Part shown: piece by piece, positions 31,817 to 42,830 of the stretch
Position numbering within the stretch: position 1 is the first letter of the stretch
Layout of the letters: each line of letters opens with the position of its first letter
The notes under the pieces: generated by a model
The model's database searches: none
What the model was told of the DNA's origin: nothing
The model's input: only the letters and a program-made list of their open reading frames with translations
Origin: Cenarchaeum sp.
Lineage (GTDB): Archaea; Thermoproteota; Nitrososphaeria; Nitrososphaerales; Nitrosopumilaceae
Assembly: GCA_963692915.1 (NCBI GenBank)
Contig: OY843584.1
Location: forward strand, 1,580,827 to 1,644,826
Reading direction: 5' to 3'
DNA length: 64,000 nt
Translations under genes and position numbers: made by a program

Positions 31817-33172
31817 TCACTCGCCCTTGCCATTTGCCGTGTACGGCGTTCCCAACGCCCTCATGACCATCTCCTCTATGGTTGGCTGGATTGGCGATGT
31901 GGCCTCTGGATTCCTGACTAGGGCGCACCTGTAATGGCGACCCAGGTCCCTGGCGACTAGCACGCCGCCAAGCCTCCTATTGCCCCTGATCCTTTTTGCC
32001 AGCTCGCCCTGAAACTTGTCATCTGTGACATAGTTGTGCGGATCCTCGACTATCAGCAGCGACTGCCGTGTCCCAAAGTGCCTTATCTGGCTCTTGGAGA
32101 GCGCCTTGCGGAGCAGCCCCCTGCGCGAGTTTGTGGGAAATATGTGCCCAAACTCCATGGCCACCACGTCACGTGGCGCATATGCCTCGATGTAACAGTC
32201 ATGGACCCGCAGGTCGGCGCGTCTGCCGTCATCGATGGCCGGCTCTAGCTCGATCTCCCCTGTAACGGCGCAGAGATGGACATAGAGGCGCATCTCAAAG
32301 GCATACTGCAGGAACTTCCACTCGCGCAGACCCCCCCGCCAGGAGGCATACTTGGCCGAGTCGTGAATCGGCATATTGTGCGCCCACATGAACGCGATCA
32401 TCGACTCTAGGCCGTCGAGCGCATTGGGTCGCGAGCCTGCGAGTTTCGGCAACTCGAGTGCCATGGACGCATAATAGACAAGGTCCACCCTTCTCTTCAC
32501 CAACTCTGTGATCTTTTCGGGGCAGAGCGCCAAAAACTCGTACATGCGCGGATAGCTTGCCTTGAGCCAAGGTTCAATCGTCTCGGTCGGCTCTAGCTGC
32601 CGACGCGCAAAGATGTTGCGTGATATCTCTGATATCCTGTAAAATTCGTCGTCTTCGCCATGGCGCATGTCAATGTCCAGCCCTAGCATGTCTGCCCTCC
32701 TCTTGAGCAGCCCTAGGAGACCGGGCGCTAGGCCCTTGTGGGCCTTGGGATCCTCGCCGTTGATGATTCTATAGGTGGTGCGGTTGATCAGGTACTCTAC
32801 GAGGATACCCCGCATCACCGTTTGCCTATCGTCTCCCTCAAGGTTGAGGAGGTCGTTGCACACCTCGTATATCTCGCCATACTCGTCGCGCTGCATGTAT
32901 ACCCTGTCGATGATGGCCATTGCGATACCGTCATTTGCGTGGCCTGTTCGAATCATGTCCACGATGCCGGCACGAAGGGCCGACGTTACGCGGTTTTTGC
33001 CGCCAATGTAGAGGTTTAGCGAGTCTATGCTCTGCCATGCGTCCGTTGGGTCGCCGTCATGGCTGCTCCTAACCTCGTCGCATATGTGCTGCAGCTTTGT
33101 GAGTATGACCTTGTCGTGGGCGCTAGGGGTCGTCTGATTCGGGGATACTGCGGGATCCGGCTCGGATTTCAT
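31817..33172 (-). CDS. Helical N-terminus plus PD-(D/E)xK-like nuclease
   Basis: FEMRLYVHL..ELEP..GRRADLRV..YIEAY; colinear with 15159-16493. Confidence 0.8.
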   Translation of the reverse strand: MKSEPDPAVSPNQTTPSAHDKVILTKLQHICDEVRSSHDGDPTDAWQSIDSLNLYIGGKNRVTSALRAGIVDMIRTGHANDGIAMAIIDRVYMQRDEYGEIYEVCNDLLNLEGDDRQTVMRGILVEYLINRTTYRIINGEDPKAHKGLAPGLLGLLKRRADMLGLDIDMRHGEDDEFYRISEISRNIFARRQLEPTETIEPWLKASYPRMYEFLALCPEKITELVKRRVDLVYYASMALELPKLAGSRPNALDGLESMIAFMWAHNMPIHDSAKYASWRGGLREWKFLQYAFEMRLYVHLCAVTGEIELEPAIDDGRRADLRVHDCYIEAYAPRDVVAMEFGHIFPTNSRRGLLRKALSKSQIRHFGTRQSLLIVEDPHNYVTDDKFQGELAKRIRGNRRLGGVLVARDLGRHYRCALVRNPEATSPIQPTIEEMVMRALGTPYTANGKGE

Positions 33173-33383
33173 GCGCACGGTGACCAGGGCGGCTCATATT
33201 GAACCTTGCAGTGGGGGGACGGCCTTTGGGCGCGGTTTGGCACTCAATGGCCGCTTTGCTGCGAGATCTCGCGTTTGCCCCCCAGCCGTTCATGGCGTGC
33301 CGAACCCTGTCATCGGAGCCTCGGGGCTGTCTGGTGTTGCCTGGTTTGCCGTGCCAGAAAAAAAATATGGTGTGGAGAATCAG

Positions 33384-33497
33384 CTAGTCTTTCTCGTTCT
33401 CGGCGAGTTGCTCTTCCCTGTTCTCCTCGGACGCCTCATGGGCGTCGTTGTTCGGATTCATGGAATCCGAGCGGTCGTCGTTAGACGTTCTATCCAT
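33384..33497 (-). CDS. 37-aa NPNN peptide
   Basis: MDRTSNDDRSDSMNPNNDAHEASEENREEQL; TATATAAAA box about 25 bp upstream. Confidence 0.65.
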   Translation of the reverse strand: MDRTSNDDRSDSMNPNNDAHEASEENREEQLAENEKD

Positions 33498-33740
33498 GAC
33501 ACACCGTCTACTCCATGTTTTATATATATCTTGAGGCGGATCTGGCAGCCGATCGTGTGTACTGGACACGGTCTGGGCGGCATTGATATCATGTGGCGGT
33601 TCTTGGCATACGCCATGTGCCGATTCTCTGCGGGCGGGCTTGTGCGACATGGCATGACTAGCTAGTCCTTGTCATCTGCACCACCACGTGGCCATCCTGC
33701 CAATGTCGCCAACAGTTAAACGCGGCTCTGTCCTTGCCTC

Positions 33741-34757
33741 ATGCCGATGACCCTCGTCGAGCTGGCCCAATATTTTGCAGAGCACGCAGCCTCTGACCTA
33801 AGGCAGGCTCAGGACATAGCCACATTCGACCAGTCAGGCCACGCGCTTGCCACAGCAATGTACCTCGCTCAGCAGTCGACTGAAAAGCAGCTAAAGTCCA
33901 TCATCATCAACATGGACGAAAAGATGGAGCTGGGCAATAGTAGATCAATTCCCAGGTTGCTTGGGCACCAGCTCTACTCTGGCCTGTACGAATTTTACGG
34001 CAAGCAGATTGCCGGCCTTGACATCCCGCCTATGGAAAATAGCTATATACGATATAACAGCCAACACGCCAAAAATGTGGTTCTCCTAAAGGATTTCTTT
34101 GGCAAGATGGGCAAGTTTTGGACCACTCATTCAACGAACCCACGACTGCAATCGATGTTTTGGCTCCAGTCCCTGGGCATAAAACTACAAGGTGCTGATG
34201 TGGCGCTGCTACACTTAACACACGCTCAATATGTGGACAGCATGCTTGATCTTGTCACCACAACTGGCACCAAGGTCCCGCCCATGCCCAAAAATGACTA
34301 TGTGCGGCGACCCATGCCTGATGCCATCATGGACGATGCGCTACTTGCCTCGTATCGTGGCAGGTACGCGCGTGCCGAGTTCAACACCATTGATCGCTAC
34401 AGGCTGGGCACGGCCTTTGAGCAATTCAGGGCCTTTCTCTCGCTGTTTCCAAACCCTGTGCCGGCCCCGTTTCATGCAGATGGCGCCGTGGCCAAAAACA
34501 TCGCCTTTAGCTTTGGCCTCCTGACACTGGTCTTTGAGCAGTACCAATACCTGATTCTGCTCCCCAACAACAGCTATGGGCGCTATCCCAAAAGGCTTGA
34601 GGACGGGCGAATCACGACTGACGTGTATGCGTCACAGGCCGATACCGTGATGCACTGCCTGCTTGTCGACGTTCCGTACCGACTCGGCCAGCTGCGTGCC
34701 AACTCTGGGAGGTTGGACGTGCTGCTTGACATGGGGCGCGAGCGCGGATGCTGGTAG
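33741..34757 (+). CDS. Long HEPN-domain protein
   Basis: AMYLAQQSTEKQLKS..LGHQLY..YGRYP. Confidence 0.82.
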   Translation: MPMTLVELAQYFAEHAASDLRQAQDIATFDQSGHALATAMYLAQQSTEKQLKSIIINMDEKMELGNSRSIPRLLGHQLYSGLYEFYGKQIAGLDIPPMENSYIRYNSQHAKNVVLLKDFFGKMGKFWTTHSTNPRLQSMFWLQSLGIKLQGADVALLHLTHAQYVDSMLDLVTTTGTKVPPMPKNDYVRRPMPDAIMDDALLASYRGRYARAEFNTIDRYRLGTAFEQFRAFLSLFPNPVPAPFHADGAVAKNIAFSFGLLTLVFEQYQYLILLPNNSYGRYPKRLEDGRITTDVYASQADTVMHCLLVDVPYRLGQLRANSGRLDVLLDMGRERGCW

Positions 34758-35229
34758 TGCGCGTGTGGGCTTGGGGGGCACTAGGGTTTTTTTGAGTGTG
34801 TGGATTCTGCGCCTTGCCACAAATGACTCCGTCACTGCCCGCGCCGCGGCGTGCCGGGATTAGAGGTGCGCGCCTAGGGGATGCTGCCCACGCCGCGGGG
34901 ATTCCGGGGCGGGATCTGGCGTCGTGGCGCTAGAATTTCACGCCGTGCCATTCCCAGAAACTGTCGTCCACGCCTATTCGCAGACAACGCCGGTCGTGGC
35001 CGCCGCGCGCCTATGCGCAGTTATGAAAGAGCCCTGCCCACACAGTATATTAATAGCCACCCGCATAAAATGCTGTTGAGCATGGCAAGGTGTTTTGATT
35101 CTGTGATGGTTTTTGGCTCAGGTGTGTGCCGCACGTCACTGCGATCATGCCCACATGGGCGATTCACATCGTCGTGTTCCAGCTTTGTCTGGCGCATAGT
35201 CTGCAATGTTGACTGTTACGGAGGGCAGC

Positions 35230-35835
35230 ATGAACTTGTCTGAGAGATCATCATCACAAGGCAGAACTAACGATGAAATGAGAGTTGCGGCACATTTTGT
35301 CGACATTGAAAAATCATTTGACATATATCGAGAATCACAGCTCGTGGCCAAAGAGTTTTCATATTCGCTTGAGACAAATCGATACTATGACGCAGACAAT
35401 CCCGCTGATCGAATAGCACTTCTTGAAATGTATGGGGACGGACACTCTCCGGTATATATGATTGCGATGACAGATACGGGTGGACTAATCAAGAAAAAGT
35501 ATGCCATTTCAGTGTGTGAGCGTTGTGTCAAAATTGGCAGAATTCCATTTATTGGTCGCTGGATTAGAAAGAAGGGGGAGGAGAAGGAGGAGGAGGAGGA
35601 GGAGAAGGAGGAGGAGGAGGAGGAGAAGGAGGAGGAGGAGAAGGAGGAAAAGAAGCCTGGAGAAGATGTGTCATTTGCCATAGATCATGGTGTGTCAGAT
35701 ACAGAAATACAGCATCTTCTTTGCGAATACAAGCAACGAGCAGCTCTATGGATCACGCGTGATGCCTACACTACTATCCCTAATCACAATTATGAACTAT
35801 GTCTCAAAAACGCCAAAACATCATATGAGTTTTAA
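35230..35835 (+). CDS. Hypothetical protein with poly-Glu insertion (paralog of 24065-24592)
   Basis: Colinear with the paralog apart from the E/K run. Confidence 0.75.
   Translation: MNLSERSSSQGRTNDEMRVAAHFVDIEKSFDIYRESQLVAKEFSYSLETNRYYDADNPADRIALLEMYGDGHSPVYMIAMTDTGGLIKKKYAISVCERCVKIGRIPFIGRWIRKKGEEKEEEEEEKEEEEEEKEEEEKEEKKPGEDVSFAIDHGVSDTEIQHLLCEYKQRAALWITRDAYTTIPNHNYELCLKNAKTSYEF
35568..35655 (+). repeat. (GAG/AAG)n purine microsatellite in frame
   Basis: GAGAAGGAGGAGGAGGAGGAG units repeated. Confidence 0.9.
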
Positions 35836-36315
35836 CAAACTTTGACCTGATTGCGTGATATTCCTGCCCTCCCTCGAGTTATTTTTTTGCTGAAGCATAT
35901 CATCATAGTACCTCCTGTCTATGTACAGCTCGGAACCTCGCGCGTATTGAAATGCGTCAGTTGAGTCATTCTTGTCTTTGAGATCCCACATGGCCTTCTT
36001 GACGTTCTCAAAGTGTAGATTGAGCAGCAGATAATCCGGCAGTTGTTCTGTCTTGCGCTGCGCAAATTCAAGTTTTACATCCAGCACGTCAAGCTCCCAC
36101 TCGTTATTGGGATCAGGGTGCGGCGTGCCATATTTTGCTCTTAGCTCATCCTCGCGCTCCAACTCCCTGTCAACTGCGTTACGTACCCTTGCAGGCAGTG
36201 AATCATACTTGAAGACGCCAAACTTCATGCATCCGATAATCTCGTTTAGAGTCAGTGTGGGATTGCTGCATTCACTAGCAAAAGTATTCTCAAATACTTC
36301 CTCCCCGTGCTCCAT
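35821..36315 (-). CDS. Hypothetical protein (paralog of 23580-24056)
   Basis: Shared N-terminal domain, unrelated C-terminus. Confidence 0.75.
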   Translation of the reverse strand: MEHGEEVFENTFASECSNPTLTLNEIIGCMKFGVFKYDSLPARVRNAVDRELEREDELRAKYGTPHPDPNNEWELDVLDVKLEFAQRKTEQLPDYLLLNLHFENVKKAMWDLKDKNDSTDAFQYARGSELYIDRRYYDDMLQQKNNSREGRNITQSGQSLLKLI

Positions 36316-36502
36316 GGCATCACTCCATGCATATGGCTAATAAACCTTGAGCACACGTCACACTTGTATACATATACAGACCGGTGCCTGTTGTACGCGA
36401 CCACATGCCAGCCGACTCCCCCGTGTCGGCTCCATGACTACACAAGAGACGGCATTTTGCCATGGCGCGCAATTATTATAGGGTGATGTCTGCGCACGCC
36501 CC

Positions 36503-38923
36503 ATGGTGAAGGAGGCGGGACACTTGGAGAACAATCCCGAATCGGCCAAGAGAGATGGGGAGTCGACTAGAACCATGGAGGAGATCGATCTTGAAATTGA
36601 GCAAAACCCCGCAAACCCAGTTCCACATAGGGAAAAAGCGCACAAGCTATATGATATGAAAAAAAATGAAGCCGCGTTGGCAGAATTTAAACTGGCATTC
36701 AAGCTAGATCCAAAAGACATTGCATCATTAAACAACATTAGTGTTATACAGTGCGAGCTAGGCCAGGACAAAGATGCCTTGGATTCATCAAAACATGCGA
36801 TAGAGCTGGATCCTGATCGTGCCAGATCGCATAGGGTACAGTCGATGGTGCTATACAATCTGGGCAGGTTTGAGATGGCCCTCTCTGCGCTAGATCGGGC
36901 CATTTCACTTGGTTACAAAGATTCGCATATCTACTTTGACAGGGGTCTTGTCCTAGAACAACTTGGTCGTCTATTGGCTGCCGCAAACGCATTTGGGCAA
37001 GCAGCCGAGACTGCCCCCGGGGATATCGAGCCGCATCGATACAGGTCAGCATGTCTACTGAAACTTCGACACTATGCCGATGCGATCGATTCCCTAGATC
37101 GCGAGATCGCCCTAGTGCCCACCCACGAGGTATACATGCGCAAGGCCGGCGCGCTTGTAATGCTCAAAGATCACGAGAAAGCGAACGAAATGTTTGATCA
37201 TGCGATCGCCCTAAATCCCGATGAGGCGCAATCACACTTTGGCAAGAGCATGACACTGATTCATCTTGGGCAGCATGAGGACGCCCTAGAGGAGCTCAAC
37301 ACCACACTGCGCCTGAATCCTGAAATGACAGGGGCGCACATAAACCGCGGACACGTTCTGTCTGAACTCGGGCAACATGAGAATGCACTAGAGGCAGCAG
37401 AAACGGCCGCAAGGCTCGATCCCGACAATACAATGATTCTCCTCAACAAGTGCACAATCCTCCAAAAGCTTGAACGCCATGAAGAGGCACTTGAGGCACT
37501 AGAGCTGGCCGCAAGGCTCGCTCCCAAGGACTGGGAAAACTATGCATGGCAAGGAAGCATACTACGCAAACTGGGACGCAACGCAGAGGCGCTTGAAAAG
37601 ATCGAGCACGCAATAGGGATAAACCCCAGCATAGTTGCGTTACACATGAATCGCGGAACCCTTTTGGCAAAGCTTGGACGTCCTAAGGAGACACTGGAGG
37701 CATTTGATCAAGCAGTGGCATTGGGGAAAGACAATGCCATCGCCCACAACGAGCGCGGTTTGACACTATATGGCCTGAATCGCCATGAAGAGGCGCTGGC
37801 CGCATACAGGCGTGCCGCAGAACTAGAGCCCAAAAGCTCTCACGTCCACTTCAATGTCGGCACGGCCCTGCATACGCTACACCGCCATGCCGAGGCCCTA
37901 GAGTCTTTTGAGCAGGCCGCCAGGCTGGACCGACACGATCCCTCCCCCCCACAAAGCAGGGGGACGGTGCTCCTTGAGCTGAAAAGGTATGCCGAGGCCC
38001 TAGAGTCCTTTGAGCAGGCCGCTAGGCTGGATCCCGACATGGCCCTGGCCCATGCCGGCAAGGGCTATGCACTAGACCTGCTTGGACGCTCTGATGATGC
38101 AGTCATCGCCTTTGACAAGGCCGTCGCATTGGCCCCAAATGATGTCAATATACACCGTGGCCGTGGCCATGTCCTGCTCACGCCAGGACGATATGCCGAG
38201 GCGCTTGCGTCATTTGATCGTGCGCTAGAGATTGATCCAGATGACGCGGATTCCCGCAATGCCAAAAGGATCGTCCTTGCCAACCTGGGGCGCCATGGCG
38301 CAGGGACCGCCAGGACAGGCCCATCCCCGCCTGAATCAGGGGACGCCATGGATCACATTGCCCGAGGTCGTGCCATGTGCTCATTTGGGCAGGCCAAGGC
38401 GTCCCTTGAGCACTTTGAGCGCGCAATCTCGGCCAATCCTGTCCTGGCCGAGGCCCATGTGGGCAGGGGAACCGCACTGATCCACCTTGGCATGCACAGT
38501 GAGGCACTAGGGGCATTTGCACATGCCGCCAGGCTAGGGCACGATGGCGCAATCCTGCACAAGAACAATGCCGTCGCGCTGCTATATCTTGGGAGAGACG
38601 AGGAGGCGCTGGCCGCCTGTGAGCGAGCCATCGAGCTGGAGCCAAACAGGGCAGAGGTTCACAAGAACCATGGTGTGGCACTGCACAGGCTGGGCCGTCA
38701 CAAGGCTGCCCTGGCCGCCTTTGGGCGCGCAGAGAGACTGGGGCCGGACGATGCTGATTTGCACCTTGGCCGCGGTAACACGCTAGGCGCACTTGGCCTC
38801 GACGACGAGGCGACTGACGCCTATCGGCGCGCAATCGAGATTAATCCCGCAGCAGCCGTCCCAATGCCGCCAGATCCTGAGGTGGCACGACTGGCAGCCA
38901 AGATGAATAATCGCATTCCATGA
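36503..38923 (+). CDS. Large TPR repeat protein
   Basis: About 20 TPR motifs. Confidence 0.93.
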   Translation: MVKEAGHLENNPESAKRDGESTRTMEEIDLEIEQNPANPVPHREKAHKLYDMKKNEAALAEFKLAFKLDPKDIASLNNISVIQCELGQDKDALDSSKHAIELDPDRARSHRVQSMVLYNLGRFEMALSALDRAISLGYKDSHIYFDRGLVLEQLGRLLAAANAFGQAAETAPGDIEPHRYRSACLLKLRHYADAIDSLDREIALVPTHEVYMRKAGALVMLKDHEKANEMFDHAIALNPDEAQSHFGKSMTLIHLGQHEDALEELNTTLRLNPEMTGAHINRGHVLSELGQHENALEAAETAARLDPDNTMILLNKCTILQKLERHEEALEALELAARLAPKDWENYAWQGSILRKLGRNAEALEKIEHAIGINPSIVALHMNRGTLLAKLGRPKETLEAFDQAVALGKDNAIAHNERGLTLYGLNRHEEALAAYRRAAELEPKSSHVHFNVGTALHTLHRHAEALESFEQAARLDRHDPSPPQSRGTVLLELKRYAEALESFEQAARLDPDMALAHAGKGYALDLLGRSDDAVIAFDKAVALAPNDVNIHRGRGHVLLTPGRYAEALASFDRALEIDPDDADSRNAKRIVLANLGRHGAGTARTGPSPPESGDAMDHIARGRAMCSFGQAKASLEHFERAISANPVLAEAHVGRGTALIHLGMHSEALGAFAHAARLGHDGAILHKNNAVALLYLGRDEEALAACERAIELEPNRAEVHKNHGVALHRLGRHKAALAAFGRAERLGPDDADLHLGRGNTLGALGLDDEATDAYRRAIEINPAAAVPMPPDPEVARLAAKMNNRIP

Positions 38924-39260
38924 CTGCTCACATATGCGCAGATGTGTGCTCTGGAACGACGCAATTGAGTGCAGTTGTTGCTCAAATGGGAATGATATGG
39001 GAAGCTATGAACTTTGCACGTGAGCATATCTAGTGTGGACATTTCACACGTGCGTTTATTCTGTTGTTTTTGCCACGTCCTTTATGATATTTCTGTTTAA
39101 CTCGTGTATTCTAGTGTACACTAGTTCCTCGAGTGTCTCTCCTCACTGTGATGCGCGATGGACTCGACGGCTCCGCAAAAGTGGCAGATCTCAACCTAGA
39201 GCGCCTGCAAAAGCCTCATGACCGGGGCTCCTAGTGCTCAATACGTGCAACAATTGCAGG

Positions 39261-39431
39261 CTATCGGCGAAGCCCTTCGCGCAGGATCGCAAGCCCCGCC
39301 ATCCAGAAAATGTCTCCCAGAGACACACTCCCTAGGCCATGCCGGGCCACCTTGGCTCCAAGCACGATAGTCGAGCCGATACTTACACCCTCTACAATGT
39401 CGCGCATGTCGTCCTTGTCCACGTGCAGCAT
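39261..39431 (-). CDS. 56-aa small hydrophobic protein (second copy at 50555-50725)
   Basis: MLHVDKDDMRDIVEG..WMAGLAILREGLRR; TTTAAA box upstream; conserved in a duplicate. Confidence 0.6.
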   Translation of the reverse strand: MLHVDKDDMRDIVEGVSIGSTIVLGAKVARHGLGSVSLGDIFWMAGLAILREGLRR

Positions 39432-39663
39432 ATGGCGCGGACAAAATTTAAAGGTTTGGCAAGACGCGGCTATGCGAATGAGCACAGGTGTCTGTTCCAA
39501 GGCTGCACATGGCGTGAAATTCCGGCCTCGGCCGTGCCGATCTGTGGGGAGATTTGGGCCGATTTCACTCATGATCTATAAATTTTGCCACGTCCTCTTG
39601 GGATTCGTGGACAGAGCCAATATGCGCTTAATGTTTAAATTAGCGTCCGCTACTCGTCGGCCT

Positions 39664-40341
39664 ATGAAGATCGGGGATATCCTTTTGGCTGCTGGTGCCG
39701 CTGCCGCCGTCATTGCGGGCATATCCTATCTTGCCAAACCTCGCGAGTCTAGCAAGCCGTCAACAGATCTACCTGATAATGACCTGCCAGATGAGCGCGG
39801 CCGTGGCGACAGGGAGTCTACAGTCCCCGCGCGCGCCATCTTGAATGATCCTATCAGCTCTGAGGCATATATCCATCACACCCGTGATCTCTTTGGCACC
39901 GGGCATGGTCCTGAAAAGCTACTCGCCATTGATCATGCGTCCCATCTAGATCCGAACGATCCCACATCACATATCGTCTCAGGCATACTCTCGCATGGGC
40001 TCCGCGACCGCGAGGATGCCATAGACTCTTTTGATGAGGCCATTGCGCTAGACCCAAAGGCAACCTACGCGTACGTGGGTAGGGGCTATATCCTGTATAC
40101 CCTTGCGCGCTATGAGGAGGCATATGCCTCACTTGCGTGCGCCAGGGCATTAGGGTGCAATGACCCAAAGATGCACCATTATATTGGGCTGACTTTGGAG
40201 TTTCTTGCTAGGCAACACGATAGTCTGTCTACTGTACTTAGGTCACTTGCGATTAAATCGTTCCAATGCACCCTTGATATCGACGAACACCACTTTGACG
40301 CGCAATGTGCCCTCAAGCATGTCAGTGGACTTTTGGCATGA
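39664..40341 (+). CDS. Membrane-anchored TPR protein
   Basis: Paralog of 29638-30354, including the TTAAATTAGCG promoter region. Confidence 0.82.
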   Translation: MKIGDILLAAGAAAAVIAGISYLAKPRESSKPSTDLPDNDLPDERGRGDRESTVPARAILNDPISSEAYIHHTRDLFGTGHGPEKLLAIDHASHLDPNDPTSHIVSGILSHGLRDREDAIDSFDEAIALDPKATYAYVGRGYILYTLARYEEAYASLACARALGCNDPKMHHYIGLTLEFLARQHDSLSTVLRSLAIKSFQCTLDIDEHHFDAQCALKHVSGLLA

Positions 40342-40359
40342 CAGCGCATACCGTGTGAC

Positions 40360-41136
40360 TCAGCTGTGACCCCTGCCGCATCTTCTTTCTATGTAATTGG
40401 CCATTGCCGCACACCACACGAGCACGATCTGCGCGTCGTTGATATCAACCGTGTACCCCGGCTCCGCTGCGGCGTGGCGCGCACCGCTCTTGTTGCTAAA
40501 GTCGTACATCTTTTTGAACGCATCCTTTACCTTTGGGTGCAATCCGGCCCTTGAGTCTATGTCCTCTAGAATCCCTGACAGGCCGGTTTTCTTGCTATAT
40601 CTTTTGGCCACGGCTTCTATCATCTTTATTGATTCGACAATCGAGGCCTCATAGTCCGGATTGGTCGGATTAATGTGCCTGATGGCCTTTTCTGCGTGCA
40701 ATTTCGCCTGCTCTGAGATGGTGCTGGCCTGATGCAGTGCGTCGATGCTCTCTTCGCCAATCACGGGCTCCATCTGACCTTCCACCATCTTCCACCCTGA
40801 ATCGTTTTCAAGCAAAATCTCATTTAGTGCATCCTCAAACTTTTGCCTATCCCATTCTGCCATTTGCCCCCACATCAACTCTAGCAGATCATAAACTTTG
40901 TTAAATTCTGCCTCATTGTATGCTTCGTACAACTCTTCGATTGAATAGCTCCACCTACTATATTCGCCACGTCTGCGCTTTTGCCAATATACCCACACTA
41001 CCTCTCTTGGCAACATGCCCGCTTGATTACAATCGTCAACTATGTCCCATATGCGCCTCTTTAGATCATCGTCCATGGACTCGAACTGCAGCCCCTTTAT
41101 CGGCTCATAGCCGTACCGTTTTGAAAAACTGCTCAT
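40360..41136 (-). CDS. AbiJ-NTD4-like abortive-infection protein
   Basis: FSKRYGY..LQFESMDDDLKRRIW..FNKVYDLLE N-terminus; C-terminal GARHA. Confidence 0.8.
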   Translation of the reverse strand: MSSFSKRYGYEPIKGLQFESMDDDLKRRIWDIVDDCNQAGMLPREVVWVYWQKRRRGEYSRWSYSIEELYEAYNEAEFNKVYDLLELMWGQMAEWDRQKFEDALNEILLENDSGWKMVEGQMEPVIGEESIDALHQASTISEQAKLHAEKAIRHINPTNPDYEASIVESIKMIEAVAKRYSKKTGLSGILEDIDSRAGLHPKVKDAFKKMYDFSNKSGARHAAAEPGYTVDINDAQIVLVWCAAMANYIERRCGRGHS

Positions 41137-41729
41137 GCGGATCCGCTTGGCTTGGCATTCTCTATTAATGTGTTATGTGAACGTTCATCGTATAATCATG
41201 TGCCGATCTTCGCGATCAGCTAGACGGTGAGTAGTAGAGATCCGGATGTGCCTCTGGTAGCTGTGGCACTGGATTGGGAGCTCTGACAGGCTCGTCGTAT
41301 GCCGTCTAGGTAGGTCACTGAAAATTGCGGTATAGATATCATGCCCGATAATTGCTCTGACAAGTTTGAACATTTAAAATTATGTGATTTTGTTGGCAAT
41401 GCCGAAATATGGACAAGGGGTCGCCGAGCGGTATGAATGAAAAGCTGTGCTAACCGAGCAAATGAGCCAATATGATGGATGCTGCCACAGCCTCAAGGCA
41501 AAGGCTAGAGATCAGAACCCATTGCCCACAATGTGTATAACGACCTATTCTAAAATTAAATTTTGTGAGGCTGTGGATGCTCACTAGGTATCTAGAGTGC
41601 AGATACTGGTAAAGTTGGGGCGTAGTCAACCCAATAAAATTATTCAACATATTATTGTCTACATCAGATATTCCCCCACGATCAACCATGAAATTCGAAC
41701 CAGCCAGAAAGTGTAGATCTTTGGCGATC

Positions 41730-42821
41730 TGTATTGTACAAAAAGTAGGAGCGGGGGCCAGAGGGCTTGCCGGGCGCGGATCCGGGAGCCCGCGGAGGGC
41801 CTTCGGGTCCGGCAGGCTGCCGAAACACACGTTTGGGGGCCTCCGGCGCCGGCGCGCCATGCCGGTCAGGAGGCTGGACGCGCGGGCGCTCCGGTACATC
41901 GCGAGGACGCTTGCGACCAGGAGCACCGGGGCAGTGGCGCGCGAGCTGGGGATCTCGCCGTCGTGGGCCCGCAAGCTCCGCGCGCACTGCCGGCGGACCG
42001 GCGCGCCGCCGGAGCCGCGGCCGATGGGGAGGCCGCGCAGGCCGATCACGCGGGAGCAGGCCGACGAGGTCCTCGCCGCGCACTCGCGCGACCCCGTCGG
42101 CGTGGTGCGCCTGGTCAGGCTCATGCGGCTCAACAACTCAAAAATAGCGTACGGCGCGGCGTACCGCATATTGTCTGCGGAGGGACTGGTCAGCAGCTCG
42201 CCGGCGAGGTCGAGGAGGCGCAAGTGGGTCCGGTTCGAGAGAAAGTACTCCAACGCGATGTGGCACGTGGACTGGCACATAATGAAATACGGTCCCCTGA
42301 GGGGCTCGCACCTCATAGTGTTCCTCGACGACGCGTCGCGGTGCGTCACGGGGTTTGGCGTCTTTCCCGAGGCCACGTCGGGCAACACGGTGATGGCGCT
42401 GCGCCACGCGATCGGGCGGTTCGGCGCGCCGGCGCAGGTGCTCTCGGACCACGGGACGCAGTTCACGGCGACCAGGCGCGGCACGCCGCGCCGCAGCTGG
42501 ACGCCGACGCTCTTCGAGCGGGAGCTGCTCGACGCCGGCATATCGCACGTCATGGCGCGCGTCGGCCACCCCCAGACCAACGGCAAGGTCGAGAGGTTCT
42601 TCCGGACGCTCGAGACGGAGATCGGCCGCCATGGCGGGGTCGCCGAGTTCATCGGGCACTACAACGAGGAGAGGCTCCACTTCTCCCTCGACATGGAGAC
42701 CGGCGAGACGCCCCTGCTGGCCTTCAGGAGGCGGAGGGCCGACGAGCAGGTCCGGGCGGAGAACCCCGGGTGGATGGAGGTGGACTCGGATGGGTAGCGC
42801 TCCTACTTTCCGTATAATACA
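41730..42821 (+). mobile_element. IS481-family insertion sequence
   Basis: 24-bp imperfect TIRs TGTATTGTACAAAAAGTAGGAGCG / CGCTCCTACTTTCCGTATAATACA; GC-rich. Confidence 0.93.
41858..42797 (+). CDS. IS481-family DDE (rve) transposase
   Basis: WHVD, LDDASR, LSDHGTQF, PQTNGKVERFFRTL, YNEERLH. Confidence 0.92.
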
Positions 42822-42830
42822 CTAGAACCG

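Noticed and set aside
41450-42817. Long alternative-frame ORFs over the IS
   Set aside because: Shadow frames of the GC-rich transposase
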